The translations under genes were made by a program, and so were the position numbers. From assembly GCA_964414415.1 (NCBI GenBank), contig CAYPWJ010000001.1, positions 138,701-202,700 of the forward strand: DNA of 64,000 bases, read 5' to 3'. This stretch comes from an uncultured Thermoplasmatales archaeon. Lineage in GTDB: Archaea > Thermoplasmatota > E2 > UBA202 > DSCA01. Shown here piece after piece: positions 31,923 to 41,949 of this stretch (position 1 is its first letter; each line of letters begins with the position of its first letter). Under the pieces are notes generated by a model, which was not told the DNA's origin, made no database searches, and worked only from the letters and a program-made list of their open reading frames with translations.

Positions 31923-32435
31923 ATGAGCGACGACGAACAAAATCCGGCAGAAAAAGCTGCGGCGCTCGCCAGAAAATATGAACACGCCATCGGAAGCTGC
32001 CCGCAGTGCATCCTCGCCGCATTGTACGAAACGCTCGACATTGGCAGCCCTGCCCTCATCCAGGCCAGCGACGGCCTTGCCGGAGGAACCGCGCTTTCAA
32101 CGGCCGGGACCTGCGGTGCCCTCGCCGGCGGCATGCTGGCCATCGGCAGCGTAGCCGGGAGAAGCTACCAGGAGTTCAAGGCCGGAGACGGCCAGCGGCG
32201 CGTCTTCGCCCACTCTCAGCGGCTCTACCGCCGCTTCGTTGAGACATATGGCTCCTCGATCTGCTGCCAAGTGCAGGAACAGGTGTTTGGGCGGTCCTAC
32301 GACCTGCTCGACGCCGACGAGGCTGCCATGTTCTCCGAGGATGCAACAGTGGAGACATGCCCGCAGGTGGCCGCCGACGTCGCCCGGTGGACGGCAGAGA
32401 TCATCGTCGGACTCCGCCGCAGAGAGAAAGGTTAG
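31923..32435 (+). CDS. C_GCAxxG_C_C family putative redox protein
   Basis: SCPQ, GG...GTCGALAGG, GSSIC, late C. Confidence 0.88.
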   Translation: MSDDEQNPAEKAAALARKYEHAIGSCPQCILAALYETLDIGSPALIQASDGLAGGTALSTAGTCGALAGGMLAIGSVAGRSYQEFKAGDGQRRVFAHSQRLYRRFVETYGSSICCQVQEQVFGRSYDLLDADEAAMFSEDATVETCPQVAADVARWTAEIIVGLRRREKG

Positions 32436-32818
32436 CCTATTTCTTCCAGCAGCCGCAGCACGTGGCGCCGTATGTCATCCCTGACCTCCCGGTACACCTC
32501 GATGGACGCGCCGCGTGGGTCCTCGATGTCCCACGCCTCTGTTTTCTCCGGCCGCGTTAGCGGGCAGCCGTCGATGCATCCCATCGTGGCGATGACGTCA
32601 AACCGGTCGTTCATTTCCCCCGTCAGCCCCGTCGGTCGCTGCCCCGATATGTCAACGCCCGCCTCGGCCATGACTGCTACCGCCGTCTCGTCCACCGCCT
32701 CCGCAGGCCGGGTACCGGCGCTCTCCGCCACGACATCGTCAGCCAGCACGGTGCAGAAGCCCTGCGCCATCTGGCTCCGGCAGGCGTTTTCCACACAGAC
32801 GAACAATACCTGTTTCAT
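32432..32818 (-). CDS. arsC: Arsenate reductase / LMW-PTP family
   Basis: FVCVENACRSQMA P-loop, TMGC...CP, W.IEDP. Confidence 0.85.
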   Translation of the reverse strand: MKQVLFVCVENACRSQMAQGFCTVLADDVVAESAGTRPAEAVDETAVAVMAEAGVDISGQRPTGLTGEMNDRFDVIATMGCIDGCPLTRPEKTEAWDIEDPRGASIEVYREVRDDIRRHVLRLLEEIG

Positions 32819-32852
32819 ACTCGTTGATGGCGGGGCGTGCACGGTATGTCGT

Positions 32853-33743
32853 TCATCGCTTCAGGCCGAGCAGTGTGCCCATCCTGTATATCGCGTCGTC
32901 ATCAGCGTCAATGTCCCATGTGTCTAGCAGCGTTCGCAGGATACTGAAACCGTCCATTCTATTCGGGATTGTCCCGATGAAACGGGCGTAGATGTCCGGT
33001 GTCACCCGATACATGTGCAGGAGTCCCGACACGGGATGCTCGATGTCCGCAATGTTGCGTGGGGTCGCCATGCATTTCTGCGGCATCAACGGACAGGTTA
33101 TCGTCTCCCGCTGCATGGAGAACTCAAAAAATTTCTGGCACATCGGGCAGTAATACCGCCCCATCGGGTTGTCGCCGAGAATGGCCACGTCGTCAAACCG
33201 GATCTGCCGCGCTACACCGAGCGCCTCGGCCAAATGGGGAACCGCGTGCTCCAGCAGCGTGAAGAGCGTCTCCTTGTCCCAGACCTGCTCCACATCCATC
33301 AGCACGAACGTGATGTCATCCTCCCCGACGCGCTGCGCGGTCTCGCATCCGCTGGCCACGATGATGAAGCTCTTCAGCGTCTGTAGCGGCTGCTCTTGGT
33401 ATCGGATGCGCCAGTCTTCAAGGAATCCAAGATACGCGTCGACCCACCGCCCGGCAACCGCTTCAACGTCGCTCTCCTGTATCAGCCGTGCAGCAAGCCG
33501 CTGCGGTATCTTCGGATAGAACAGCCCGAAACCCTCCAGGCCCTCCGTGGTCTCCGGCGGCAGGTTTTCGACGGCGATGGGCGTATTCAGGCACATCTTC
33601 GGCATGTATGGACATCGTGGCTCGTCCAGCCGGAACAGCTTCTTACATGTCACACACCAATAGCGGCCGGAAGGGGACGGCGAGCCAGCCGGCAGCCCCT
33701 TGACTTTCTTCATGACTTTTTCTTTGCCGCCGAACATGGCCAT
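32853..33743 (-). CDS. Hypothetical protein with two repeated Cys4 motifs
   Basis: GRYWCVTCKK...CPYMPKMC.NTP and GRYYCPMCQK...CPLMPQKC.ATP. Confidence 0.7.
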   Translation of the reverse strand: MAMFGGKEKVMKKVKGLPAGSPSPSGRYWCVTCKKLFRLDEPRCPYMPKMCLNTPIAVENLPPETTEGLEGFGLFYPKIPQRLAARLIQESDVEAVAGRWVDAYLGFLEDWRIRYQEQPLQTLKSFIIVASGCETAQRVGEDDITFVLMDVEQVWDKETLFTLLEHAVPHLAEALGVARQIRFDDVAILGDNPMGRYYCPMCQKFFEFSMQRETITCPLMPQKCMATPRNIADIEHPVSGLLHMYRVTPDIYARFIGTIPNRMDGFSILRTLLDTWDIDADDDAIYRMGTLLGLKR

Positions 33744-33940
33744 CACGGCTCCTCCCCGAATCGCTCCGATGCAGGCGTCCCGCCGATACCCCAGTGGGTC
33801 TTCGGCACCTCCGTCACCACAACCTCCACCGCATCCCGGGGGATACCCCGACACTCGAACATCGCCGTCGCCTCCTCGATGACCTCCCGCGCGTTGTCCG
33901 CTCCAAATCCTTCCCATACCTTTATCTCAACGATCGGCAT
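33743..33940 (-). CDS. 4-oxalocrotonate tautomerase family protein
   Basis: Catalytic Pro after Met (MPIV), V.V...EVP..HWGIGG; GGAGGT SD. Confidence 0.88.
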   Translation of the reverse strand: MPIVEIKVWEGFGADNAREVIEEATAMFECRGIPRDAVEVVVTEVPKTHWGIGGTPASERFGEEP

Positions 33941-34049
33941 ATGATACCTCCGTCCTTGACAATCGCCAGGGCAGTTATAAAATGTACGGCGCTTCTCCCC
34001 TGAAACCCATCCAAACAATTTATATAACCCAATGCTTTTCAGGGTTAAA

Positions 34050-34631
34050 ATGGCCAAGGGACTCTCACATTACCTCAGGGAAGCATGGAAGCAGACCGAC
34101 AGCAGCCATCAGTCGGCGCAGTGGAACCGCCTCATCAAATGGCGCAGAGAGGACAGCGTCGTCCGCGTTGACCGTCCAACGAGGCCGGACAGAGCACACA
34201 GCCTTGGATACAAGGCAAAGCAGGGCTTCATCATCGTTCGCTCCAGAATCCGCAAAGGGAGCCGACAGAAGCAGCGGCCGAAGGGAGGACGACGGCCGGC
34301 CAGGATGGGCGTCAGGAAGATAACCGGCGCGAAATCGATACAGCGGATGGCAGAGGAGCGAGCCGCCAAACATCATCCCAACCTCGAGGTGCTCAACTCC
34401 TACAAGGTCGGTGCAGACGGACGCCGGCATTACTACGAGGTCATCCTCGTCGACCCCAGTCATCCAGCCGTTGTCAACGACGACGACATCAACTGGATCA
34501 CCCGGGAAAACAGCCGCGTGCACAAGGGAAAGACGTCGGCTGGTAAAAAAGGGCGCGGGCTCCGCACCAAAGGCAAAGGCGCCGAGCACATCCGGCCCAG
34601 CGTCAGCGCAAACGACGGCAGGAGCAAATAA
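34050..34631 (+). CDS. rpl15e: 50S ribosomal protein eL15
   Basis: RPTRPDRA..LGYKAKQG, AEERA....PNLEVLNSY, EVILVDP.HP. Confidence 0.97.
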   Translation: MAKGLSHYLREAWKQTDSSHQSAQWNRLIKWRREDSVVRVDRPTRPDRAHSLGYKAKQGFIIVRSRIRKGSRQKQRPKGGRRPARMGVRKITGAKSIQRMAEERAAKHHPNLEVLNSYKVGADGRRHYYEVILVDPSHPAVVNDDDINWITRENSRVHKGKTSAGKKGRGLRTKGKGAEHIRPSVSANDGRSK

Positions 34632-34634
34632 GGC

Positions 34635-35069
34635 ATGGAGCCGCCGTTTCATTACGTCTTGCTGCACAGTTTTTGTTATGCGACCGAAAAAAAAGACAGT
34701 GTACGGAAGGCGCTGTCCTTCGTCGCCTATGGAGACCGTGACGGGGATGCAGTTGAGGAGGAAGCCATCAAGGGGCAGTTTGGTGACACCATCACCGTCA
34801 TGCGCCTCCGGCTGGAGCGGTCCCGCCTCATCCGGGATCTCAGCCGGCGTGTGCTCTCCCCGCTGCCTGAGGAGACCATCGAGCAAAAAGTTGACAATAA
34901 GTGGTTTTTCCATCTCCGGTTCGACAAGGAGGCAGCCGCCCGGGGTCGGCTTGCGCTGTCCGACGGCACCAACGTCGTCACGCTGAAGGGAAAGGTTCAG
35001 GTGTACCCGGCGAGTCGTGAACGGGCGATTGCCCGCCTCAGGAAATACGTGTCCGCCAATAATGATTAA
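34635..35069 (+). CDS. RNA-binding protein, COG1325-like (exosome-superoperon associated)
   Basis: YATE...V.KAL, G.FG..I, LRFDKEAA..G..L..G motifs; follows rpl15e. Confidence 0.75.
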   Translation: MEPPFHYVLLHSFCYATEKKDSVRKALSFVAYGDRDGDAVEEEAIKGQFGDTITVMRLRLERSRLIRDLSRRVLSPLPEETIEQKVDNKWFFHLRFDKEAAARGRLALSDGTNVVTLKGKVQVYPASRERAIARLRKYVSANND

Positions 35070-35092
35070 TACGGGCATTGCATATTACCGTG

Positions 35093-35491
35093 ATGGCACA
35101 GACAGCTGTGACCTGTCCTAACTGCGAGACCTCGTTCAAGGTGGATGTCGATGCCACCCGTGGAAAATGTCCCTCATGCGGCATATCCCTGGTCTTCGAG
35201 GATGTTCCGTCTGCACGGCAGTCACCCTCCCCTAAGGAGCAACCGATGGAACCACGCCGTCCAGAGGAGACAGCTACGACTCCGGAACCGGAGGAACAAC
35301 CTGCTGGTGACGTCGTCGAAGAAACCGTTGACATCCGGCGTATCGAGGCGGCCGTCGATGCCATCGCCGAGCGGACCGTCACCGGCCGCAAAACGCGCGC
35401 CGCCGACATCGCCGCCGTGGAATCCATCAGGCCTGAACGAGATTACTCCGACGTGGAAGAAAAGGTCGAGGAGCTCGTGTCTACAGAGTGA
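35093..35491 (+). CDS. Zinc-ribbon protein with acidic low-complexity tail
   Basis: CPNC...CPSCG at the N-terminus. Confidence 0.6.
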   Translation: MAQTAVTCPNCETSFKVDVDATRGKCPSCGISLVFEDVPSARQSPSPKEQPMEPRRPEETATTPEPEEQPAGDVVEETVDIRRIEAAVDAIAERTVTGRKTRAADIAAVESIRPERDYSDVEEKVEELVSTE

Positions 35492-36125
35492 ACACCCATA
35501 TCTCGGACTCAGCCGGCAGGTCGCTTTTTTCTACCTCTATCTCGTTGGCGACGTGCCTGATTACATAGAAGGGACGGGCGGCGTCCAGGAATCCATCGAT
35601 GCGCTCGATTGGCAGTGACAGCCCACCGACCTTGTAGTGCATGGGAATCACGACCGTCGGGTTGATTGTTTTGCATACGTCCAGCGCTGCTTCGCCGTCG
35701 ACGGTAAACACGCCGCCAACCGGCACGAAGAGGACGTCAACGTCGCCAATCCGGTCAGCCAGCTCGTCGTCGAGCGGATGGCCGAGGTCGCCGAGGTGAC
35801 AAAAAGTGATGTCGTCCACGACGAATCGGAAGATGGTGATGTCGCCTCGTTTTGTGCCGTCCTGCCTGTCGTGGTAGGCTTGATAGGATGAAATCTGGAT
35901 TCCCCGCACCGTCTTGTCGCCAGTCCGGACGACAGTGGTGTCGTCCTTCTGGACTGCTTTGACCTTGTTGTGGTCGTAGTGGTCGTGGGAGACCAGCACC
36001 ACATCGCCCCGGGCGCCGGGCGGCTTGATGCCGATTGAGCTGCCGTCGTGAGGGTCCGTTATCAGAGTCACGTCGTTCGTCAGCTCGAAGCAGGAGTGAC
36101 CGTGCCACCGCAGGTTTATCATCAT
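35481..36125 (-). CDS. MBL-fold metallo-hydrolase
   Basis: GHSCF, SHDHYDH, HLGDLG, IPMHY. Confidence 0.9.
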   Translation of the reverse strand: MMINLRWHGHSCFELTNDVTLITDPHDGSSIGIKPPGARGDVVLVSHDHYDHNKVKAVQKDDTTVVRTGDKTVRGIQISSYQAYHDRQDGTKRGDITIFRFVVDDITFCHLGDLGHPLDDELADRIGDVDVLFVPVGGVFTVDGEAALDVCKTINPTVVIPMHYKVGGLSLPIERIDGFLDAARPFYVIRHVANEIEVEKSDLPAESEIWVFTL

Positions 36126-36784
36126 ATCCCCAGCATGCGCTTTATCCTGTCCAGCAGACCCTCTTTTTCTATCGGAACGTCGGTGTGCCATTGGCCGTTG
36201 AACCACAGGCGTGTTGCGCCGGCGCTGTCCACGTTGACCGCGATGTCGTGGTCCTGTGCGATGTCTTCCATGCCGTCGCCGCGGAGCACCGGCACCTGCT
36301 CATGTGTGGTGTCCCTGATGATGACGGTTGCGACGTCGCCGGAGATGTGAATCGAGGCATTGTCCGGGCCGATTGGTTCGGCGACCCTGGCCTTCTTGGC
36401 CCGCTGTGGCTCTGCCGTCTCTTTTTCTTCTTCCATCCTCCCGGTCATGGCCCGGGCGCGGTCCCTCCATCTATTGAAGCGTTTCTCCGAAACGTCGACG
36501 TCGTCGGCCGTGCAGCGGTCGGCGGCAGCCAGCTCCTCAGGCGTCGTGATGCCCTGCTGGCGCAGCCGCTGGCTGTAGGCGGGGCCGATACCCTGGATGT
36601 CGGTGAGTAGCCGCATGTCACAAGCGCGCTGCTGCCATTCGTTGAGGCGATCCGGGGAAATCCCGGTGTGTTTGGCCACCCGGTTGACGTTCATGCTCCG
36701 CAGATCGGCAACCTCGTTGATGCCTGCATCGTTCAGCTTTTTCTCATACTGCCGGCCGATTCCTTTGATGGTTGTAACGTCCAT
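36122..36784 (-). CDS. Tandem helix-hairpin-helix (DUF4332-like) protein
   Basis: IKGIG..YEKKL..AGI and IQGIGPAYS.RL...GI repeats. Confidence 0.75.
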   Translation of the reverse strand: MDVTTIKGIGRQYEKKLNDAGINEVADLRSMNVNRVAKHTGISPDRLNEWQQRACDMRLLTDIQGIGPAYSQRLRQQGITTPEELAAADRCTADDVDVSEKRFNRWRDRARAMTGRMEEEKETAEPQRAKKARVAEPIGPDNASIHISGDVATVIIRDTTHEQVPVLRGDGMEDIAQDHDIAVNVDSAGATRLWFNGQWHTDVPIEKEGLLDRIKRMLGI

Positions 36785-36888
36785 AATCCCCACAATCTGT
36801 ATGCGTATTTCGATATAAAAAAGTTCGTGGCCGGCGCCAGCCGTCGTGTTTCAACAACTATATAAAACGAGATGCCATACTTGTTTCC

Positions 36889-37104
36889 ATGGTACTGCCA
36901 ACTGACTTACTGGAAAGCTCGCTCAACAAGGACATCTCGCTCCTGCTCAAGGACGGCCGTATGCTCGAGGGACGTCTTTCAGGCTACGACCAGTATATGA
37001 ACCTCGTCATCGAGGACACCCGCGAGGCGAAGGGAGATACGGAGCGCCGTCTCGGAAAGGTCGTGCTGCGCGGCAACAACATCGTCAGTATTTCTGTCAA
37101 ATAG
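36889..37104 (+). CDS. Sm-like (Lsm) RNA-binding protein
   Basis: G.L.GYDQYMNLV, V.LRGNNIV. Confidence 0.93.
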   Translation: MVLPTDLLESSLNKDISLLLKDGRMLEGRLSGYDQYMNLVIEDTREAKGDTERRLGKVVLRGNNIVSISVK

Positions 37105-37146
37105 AGTGCCAAAAGTATTTAAAACGCCGGTATCTTTCCGATACAG

Positions 37147-37587
37147 ATGAATATATCGAACATGAAGCTGTCCTCCATCGAAGCACGCCGTTACTCCGAG
37201 CCGGAGCAGCGTCCGCAGAACGTCCGCATCGACCACAACAGCACCGTCACGCTGTTCTCTGCAACGACTGACACGGAGGCGTCGGTCGAGTTCCAGTATA
37301 CGGCCAGCTACGGCCCCCTCGGCCTCATCAAGCTGTCCGGTGACTTTCACTTCCAGGCGGACAACGCCCGGGAGATAGCGGAGCAGTGGAGCCAGGACAA
37401 GAACATGCCTGAGGAGGTGGCCTCCCGCATACATACCGCCATCATGCATTTCTGTCTCCCGGAGGCGGTCATGGTCTCCCGTGACCTCCGGCTGCCGCCG
37501 CCGATCCCGATGCCGCAGGTCAAGTTTGACAAGGATAAAGGAGCTCAGCAGCAGGGAAAAGGCGGGTTCAGTCCCGAGGTTGCCTAA
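37147..37587 (+). CDS. Conserved archaeal hypothetical protein (possible SecB-like fold)
   Basis: F.Y.ASY...G.I...G, SRDLRLPPPIP.P motif. Confidence 0.6.
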   Translation: MNISNMKLSSIEARRYSEPEQRPQNVRIDHNSTVTLFSATTDTEASVEFQYTASYGPLGLIKLSGDFHFQADNAREIAEQWSQDKNMPEEVASRIHTAIMHFCLPEAVMVSRDLRLPPPIPMPQVKFDKDKGAQQQGKGGFSPEVA

Positions 37588-37646
37588 ACCTGTTTCCTTT
37601 ACACGATGAACAAAAGTAATAAATCCCAATTCGCATTTGTCTATAC

Positions 37647-38090
37647 ATGTCATTTCAACTGCAGGTGACAAAAAACACGCCGCTCACCGGAGAAGACGAC
37701 TACGAGGAGGTCGCGGTGCAGTTTCTCAGACAGATAGGCTATCTGTCCAAGGGAGCCGGCACCTCGTCGATTGCCTACCGGCTCTTCGAATGTTTTCTGC
37801 TCCACCCCGGCAAGGAGTGGCAGGTGGACGAGCTGGCCGTCGAGCTCGACGCGACCAAGGCCACGGTCTACCGGCATCTCAACAAGCTCAAGGGCCTCGA
37901 CATCCTCGAGGAAGGAACAGCCGGCGAGGGAACCAAGCAGCGGAAGACATACCGCCTGCGCTACGGCAACCTCGCCAAGGCTTGGAACTTCGTCGAGGCG
38001 CACGTCAAGGTCGCCATGGACAACTATGCCGAGACCGTCGCTCATTTACACACGCTGGTTAAACGGAGGGTAATCGATGGACGAGATTGA
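37647..38090 (+). CDS. Winged-HTH transcriptional regulator
   Basis: ELAVELDATKATVYRHLNKL helix-turn-helix. Confidence 0.8.
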   Translation: MSFQLQVTKNTPLTGEDDYEEVAVQFLRQIGYLSKGAGTSSIAYRLFECFLLHPGKEWQVDELAVELDATKATVYRHLNKLKGLDILEEGTAGEGTKQRKTYRLRYGNLAKAWNFVEAHVKVAMDNYAETVAHLHTLVKRRVIDGRD

Positions 38091-38343
38091 ACTGGTCGGC
38101 GGCGAGGCCTGCATCGTCCGCTCACAGGATGCAAGCGAAGACCCACTTGAATCGCAGGGAACACTGGAGGGATTCACCTACATCGGCAAAGACGAAGCGC
38201 TGTGCATCCGCCTGGGCGAGGAGCACGACGAGCTGGCTGGCAAAACCAGGGTGATACCGGTCGGCAACATCATCTCCATCGATCTGCTCGACGGGAGGAC
38301 AAAGCGAAGCAAAGCAGGCGATCCGGACCACTACTTCGGGTGA
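38077..38343 (+). CDS. Hypothetical conserved small protein
   Basis: GGAGG SD; G...G.T.IG.DEALC..L...RVIP...I..ID pattern. Confidence 0.65.
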   Translation: MDEIELVGGEACIVRSQDASEDPLESQGTLEGFTYIGKDEALCIRLGEEHDELAGKTRVIPVGNIISIDLLDGRTKRSKAGDPDHYFG

Positions 38344-38347
38344 CCCG

Positions 38348-39535
38348 ATGAGCATGCAGATCGGCATCGTGGGGAAGCCAAACGTCGGCAAGACCACCTT
38401 CTTCAACGCGGCTACCAACGCCGGCGGCGAGATGGCCTCCTACCCGTTCACCACCATCGACGCCAACCGGGGCATCATGTACGCCCGAACGGAGTGTCCC
38501 TGCCAGGACTTCGACGTTGAATGCAATCCACGGAATGCGGTATGCCGGGACGGCATCCGCTACGTGCCCATCGAGGCCATCGATGTCGCCGGACTTGTCC
38601 CAAAGGCCCATGAAGGACGCGGTCTCGGCAACAAGTTCCTGGACGATCTCCGGCAGGCCTCCTGCCTCATCCACATCATCGACGCGTCCGGTTCCACCAA
38701 CGCCGAAGGCGAACTCTGCGAGATCGGCGCGCACGACCCATGGCAGGACGTCAAGTTTCTGGAGGAAGAACTCGACCACTGGATACATGGCATCACAACC
38801 CGGGACTGGGACCGTATCAGCCGGAAATGCGCCCTCGAGGACAAGAAGGCAAGCGCTGCCCTCGCCGACAGGCTCACCGGGCTTGGTGTCAGCGAGGCGG
38901 ACATCACGCTGGCGATGCGGAAAACCGGGCTTGAGGGCAACCCGACGGCGTGGACGGACGACGACATGTTCAGTTTGGCCGCAGCCATACGAAAGGCGGG
39001 CAAGCCCATTCTCCTGTCGCTCAACAAGGCCGACAAGGCACCGGATGACCTCGTGGCAGAGCTGTCAGGCGATGCAGCGATTCCGACTGCGGCGGAGGCT
39101 GAGCTCGCGCTCACCCATGCAGCCGAGCACGACATGATAGACTACCGGCCGGGCGATGACTCGTTCGAGATATGCAGCGACGAGATGAGCGAGCGGCAGC
39201 GGAAAGGCCTTGAGTACATCCAGACGCACGTGCTTGACAAGTACGGCGGCACCGGCGTCCAGCGGTGTATCAACCATGCGGTGTTCAGCCTGCTCGACCT
39301 CATCGCCGTCTACCCGGTTGAGGACGAGACACATCTCACCGACAAGGACGGCAACGTGCTCCCCGACGTGTTCCTGGTGCCCCGCGGCTCGACAGTCGTC
39401 GATCTCGCCTACAAGGTCCACACCGACCTCGGCGAGGGATTCATCCGGGCCATCGACGCGCGAACCCAGCGCGTCGTCGGTCACGACCACGAGCTGCAGG
39501 ACGGGGACATCATCCGCATCGTGGCGAAGAAATAG
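38348..39535 (+). CDS. ychF: Obg-family ATPase/GTPase (archaeal YchF-like) with TGS domain
   Basis: [34 protein letters not shown]. Confidence 0.9.
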   Translation: MSMQIGIVGKPNVGKTTFFNAATNAGGEMASYPFTTIDANRGIMYARTECPCQDFDVECNPRNAVCRDGIRYVPIEAIDVAGLVPKAHEGRGLGNKFLDDLRQASCLIHIIDASGSTNAEGELCEIGAHDPWQDVKFLEEELDHWIHGITTRDWDRISRKCALEDKKASAALADRLTGLGVSEADITLAMRKTGLEGNPTAWTDDDMFSLAAAIRKAGKPILLSLNKADKAPDDLVAELSGDAAIPTAAEAELALTHAAEHDMIDYRPGDDSFEICSDEMSERQRKGLEYIQTHVLDKYGGTGVQRCINHAVFSLLDLIAVYPVEDETHLTDKDGNVLPDVFLVPRGSTVVDLAYKVHTDLGEGFIRAIDARTQRVVGHDHELQDGDIIRIVAKK

Positions 39536-39550
39536 GCATGAGATAGGCTG

Positions 39551-40984
39551 TTACGAGATGGAGCATGCCTGCTCGGCCACCTGCCGGTATGCATCCTGGT
39601 TGTTGATGCAGCCCGGGTCGGCGGCCAGGTAGTCGCCCGTGTAGCCGTAGGCCCTGGCACGGCAGCCGCCGCAGTAGTAGCGGTACGCACAGTCGCTGCA
39701 GGCGTGCAGCTGGTCCTTGTCGCGGAGCTGCTGCAGCACCTCGTGGTGTTTCCATAGCTCCTCGAAGTCGTCCTCCCGGATGTTGCCGACCTTGAGCGGG
39801 AAGAACACGCAGGGCTGCAGGTCGCCGTTCGCCTTCATCGCCATGTAGAACCGGCCGGCGCCGCAGCCGCCGATGAACTCGGCGAGATCGGCAAGCTGCC
39901 CGCCCAATGTGGGATTATAAAAATGTGTCGGCACAGTTTTCTCGTCGGCGTCGCCCTCCTCCTGCAGGGCCACCCGTGCGAACTGTGGCGCCGTGGACAG
40001 GACGTTGATGTCCCGGTCTTTTTTGAGCTCCTGCCAAAGCATGTGCAGCATCTCCTCCCGCTGCTCGGGCGACAGATCTGTGTCGGCGATGTCGCTGCCG
40101 CGGCCGGTCGGCACGAAGTTGTAGGCCATGAACCAGTCGGCGCCGAGCCGTTCGCTGAAATCGATGATGTCGGGCAGCTGCCGATAGTTGTGGCGGGTCA
40201 CCGTCGTCGATATCTCGACGAAGAAGCCGCGGGCGACGACGTTCCTGACGCCCTGCACCGTCCGGTCGAAGGCCCCGTCGACACCGCGGAACGCGTCATG
40301 GGTCTCCGCGTCGATGCCATCCAGGCTGATTTGCAGGAAATCGACGCCGTTACGTTTCATCCGGTCGGCCATCTCCCCGGTGATGAGCGTGCCGTTGGTC
40401 GCGATGGCCACATACATCCCCGTCGCTGCGGCATGGCTGGTGAGCTCGAAGATGTCGTCGCGGACCAGCGGCTCTCCGCCGGAAAACGCGAGGATGGTAA
40501 CGCCCGCCCGGGCGAACGCGTCGATGGCTCGCTTTGCCTCCACGGTGTCGAGCTCGTCGACGCCTGCCTTGCCGGCGGTCGCGTAGCAGTGTCTGCATTG
40601 CAGGTTGCAGTCAGTGGTCACATCCCAGACGATCTGGAATGGCGCCCCGGGCGTAAACGGCCTGTTGACACCAAACGCGGCGATGCCGCGAACCGTCGAG
40701 GCAAGCCCCTTCGCCCAGTACCCATTGCTAAAGGTCTCCTTAATCTGTCGTTCATCGACATCGAATGCCGCGGCGCCACGGCGGAGCACGCCGGCGACCA
40801 CCTTCTCAGCCATCCGGCAGGCGATACAGGCGTCATCCCGCCGTCCGGTATACAGCTCAACGGCGACCTCTATCCTGTTTTTCTCGTCTTTCTCGCAGTA
40901 GGTGCTCATATGTTTGAGGAGCGTCCGGGCGGCCGGGTTGCCGATGGTGCTTTGCAGCAGCTGTATCGTCGCCTGCGTTTTCAT
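39551..40984 (-). CDS. Radical SAM/SPASM protein with N-terminal helical domain
   Basis: CNLQCRHC, SGGEP, TNG; SPASM CGAGR...PCVF...C..C...CGGCRARA...DPGC. Confidence 0.9.
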   Translation of the reverse strand: MKTQATIQLLQSTIGNPAARTLLKHMSTYCEKDEKNRIEVAVELYTGRRDDACIACRMAEKVVAGVLRRGAAAFDVDERQIKETFSNGYWAKGLASTVRGIAAFGVNRPFTPGAPFQIVWDVTTDCNLQCRHCYATAGKAGVDELDTVEAKRAIDAFARAGVTILAFSGGEPLVRDDIFELTSHAAATGMYVAIATNGTLITGEMADRMKRNGVDFLQISLDGIDAETHDAFRGVDGAFDRTVQGVRNVVARGFFVEISTTVTRHNYRQLPDIIDFSERLGADWFMAYNFVPTGRGSDIADTDLSPEQREEMLHMLWQELKKDRDINVLSTAPQFARVALQEEGDADEKTVPTHFYNPTLGGQLADLAEFIGGCGAGRFYMAMKANGDLQPCVFFPLKVGNIREDDFEELWKHHEVLQQLRDKDQLHACSDCAYRYYCGGCRARAYGYTGDYLAADPGCINNQDAYRQVAEQACSIS

Positions 40985-41400
40985 GTCTCCACCTCTTTCA
41001 TGTTTTCCAGGAACCGGATGGAGCGGTTTACCATGTCGAGCACGTCGTCGACGCGCTGCCGGCGAGCGTCGTCGAGCCGCTGGATTGAGCGCGCTGTCTG
41101 CCGCAGCAGCGAGATGAAGCGGTGTACCTCCTCCTTGACAATGCGGGTTAGATCCGTCGTCAAGAAGTAGATGTTTTTACGTCCATCTCGGCGTTTGCCG
41201 ACGTGACCGAGCTTGATGAGGTGGTTGAGCGCGTTGATGGTGGTGGAGTACGCGTAGCCGGTCTCCGCTGCTATCTCCCGGGCGGTCATGGGTTCATCTG
41301 CGAGGGCCAGCGCTGTATAGATAGATGAGTCGATTTCTTCGAAGCCGCCGTGGCTGAGCACGTCTTTTATGTTGTGTTTGACATGCCGTATTGCCGCCAT
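40981..41400 (-). CDS. GbsR/MarR/TrmB-like winged-HTH regulator
   Basis: IY..L....PMTAREIA.ETGYA.ST....LN.L; ATGA overlap with the radical SAM gene. Confidence 0.8.
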   Translation of the reverse strand: MAAIRHVKHNIKDVLSHGGFEEIDSSIYTALALADEPMTAREIAAETGYAYSTTINALNHLIKLGHVGKRRDGRKNIYFLTTDLTRIVKEEVHRFISLLRQTARSIQRLDDARRQRVDDVLDMVNRSIRFLENMKEVET

Positions 41401-41434
41401 GCTATCCCTCCCGTGTCTTTTTGAAATATCAAAG

Positions 41435-41452
41435 ATATGATATCTATCATAT
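41435..41452. promoter_or_regulatory. Operator-like palindrome ATATGATA-TC-TATCATAT
   Basis: Perfect 8-bp arms at the expected start site downstream of minus-strand TATA box TTTATATA (41468-41475). Confidence 0.6.
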
Positions 41453-41579
41453 TAATGATATTCATAATATATAAATGTTGTGCACACGTTGGCGCTTTCT
41501 AGTTTTGTGGGATTTACACATCAAAAACACTGACAGGTTACTGAAAGAGAAAAAGAAGGGATAAGAAGGTTCTGTCCGG

Positions 41580-41945
41580 CTAGAAGCCGCGTTCGGCGAT
41601 GTCGCCCACGACGGGGAGCTTGAAGCGCTCTCCCTGGTAGGCCTTGAACATGAGTACGAGCCAGAGGATGAGGGTGAGCAGCCAGAGGAGGGTACCGAGG
41701 AGAGACAGGAGAGCCCATATGCCTAGTCCCCCATACAACAGCGCGCCGCCGAACATGAAGCCGCCGCTGAAGATGAACGACAGTATCGAGAGCGGCAGAA
41801 ACGTCAGGATGGACTGCCGTGCGTGGAAGCGGACGAACTCGTTGTCTTTCTCGACCAGGTAGAACACGATGCCCGTCAGCCATCCAAGCAGATAGCAGAG
41901 GGCGCCTTCAACGTTTTCCTCCATATTGAGTGAGGTCTGTGCCAT
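41580..41945 (-). CDS. DUF4870 membrane protein
   Basis: ENVEGALCYLLGW.TG...EK.N.FVRFHA.QS...KAYQGE.FKLP..G. Confidence 0.88.
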   Translation of the reverse strand: MAQTSLNMEENVEGALCYLLGWLTGIVFYLVEKDNEFVRFHARQSILTFLPLSILSFIFSGGFMFGGALLYGGLGIWALLSLLGTLLWLLTLILWLVLMFKAYQGERFKLPVVGDIAERGF

Positions 41946-41949
41946 GGAT

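Noticed and set aside
31880..31930. TGA read-through (selenocysteine) extending the half-LIM peptide into a second finger
   Set aside because: Downstream residues do not fit LIM spacing, run into the next gene, and no SECIS is evident
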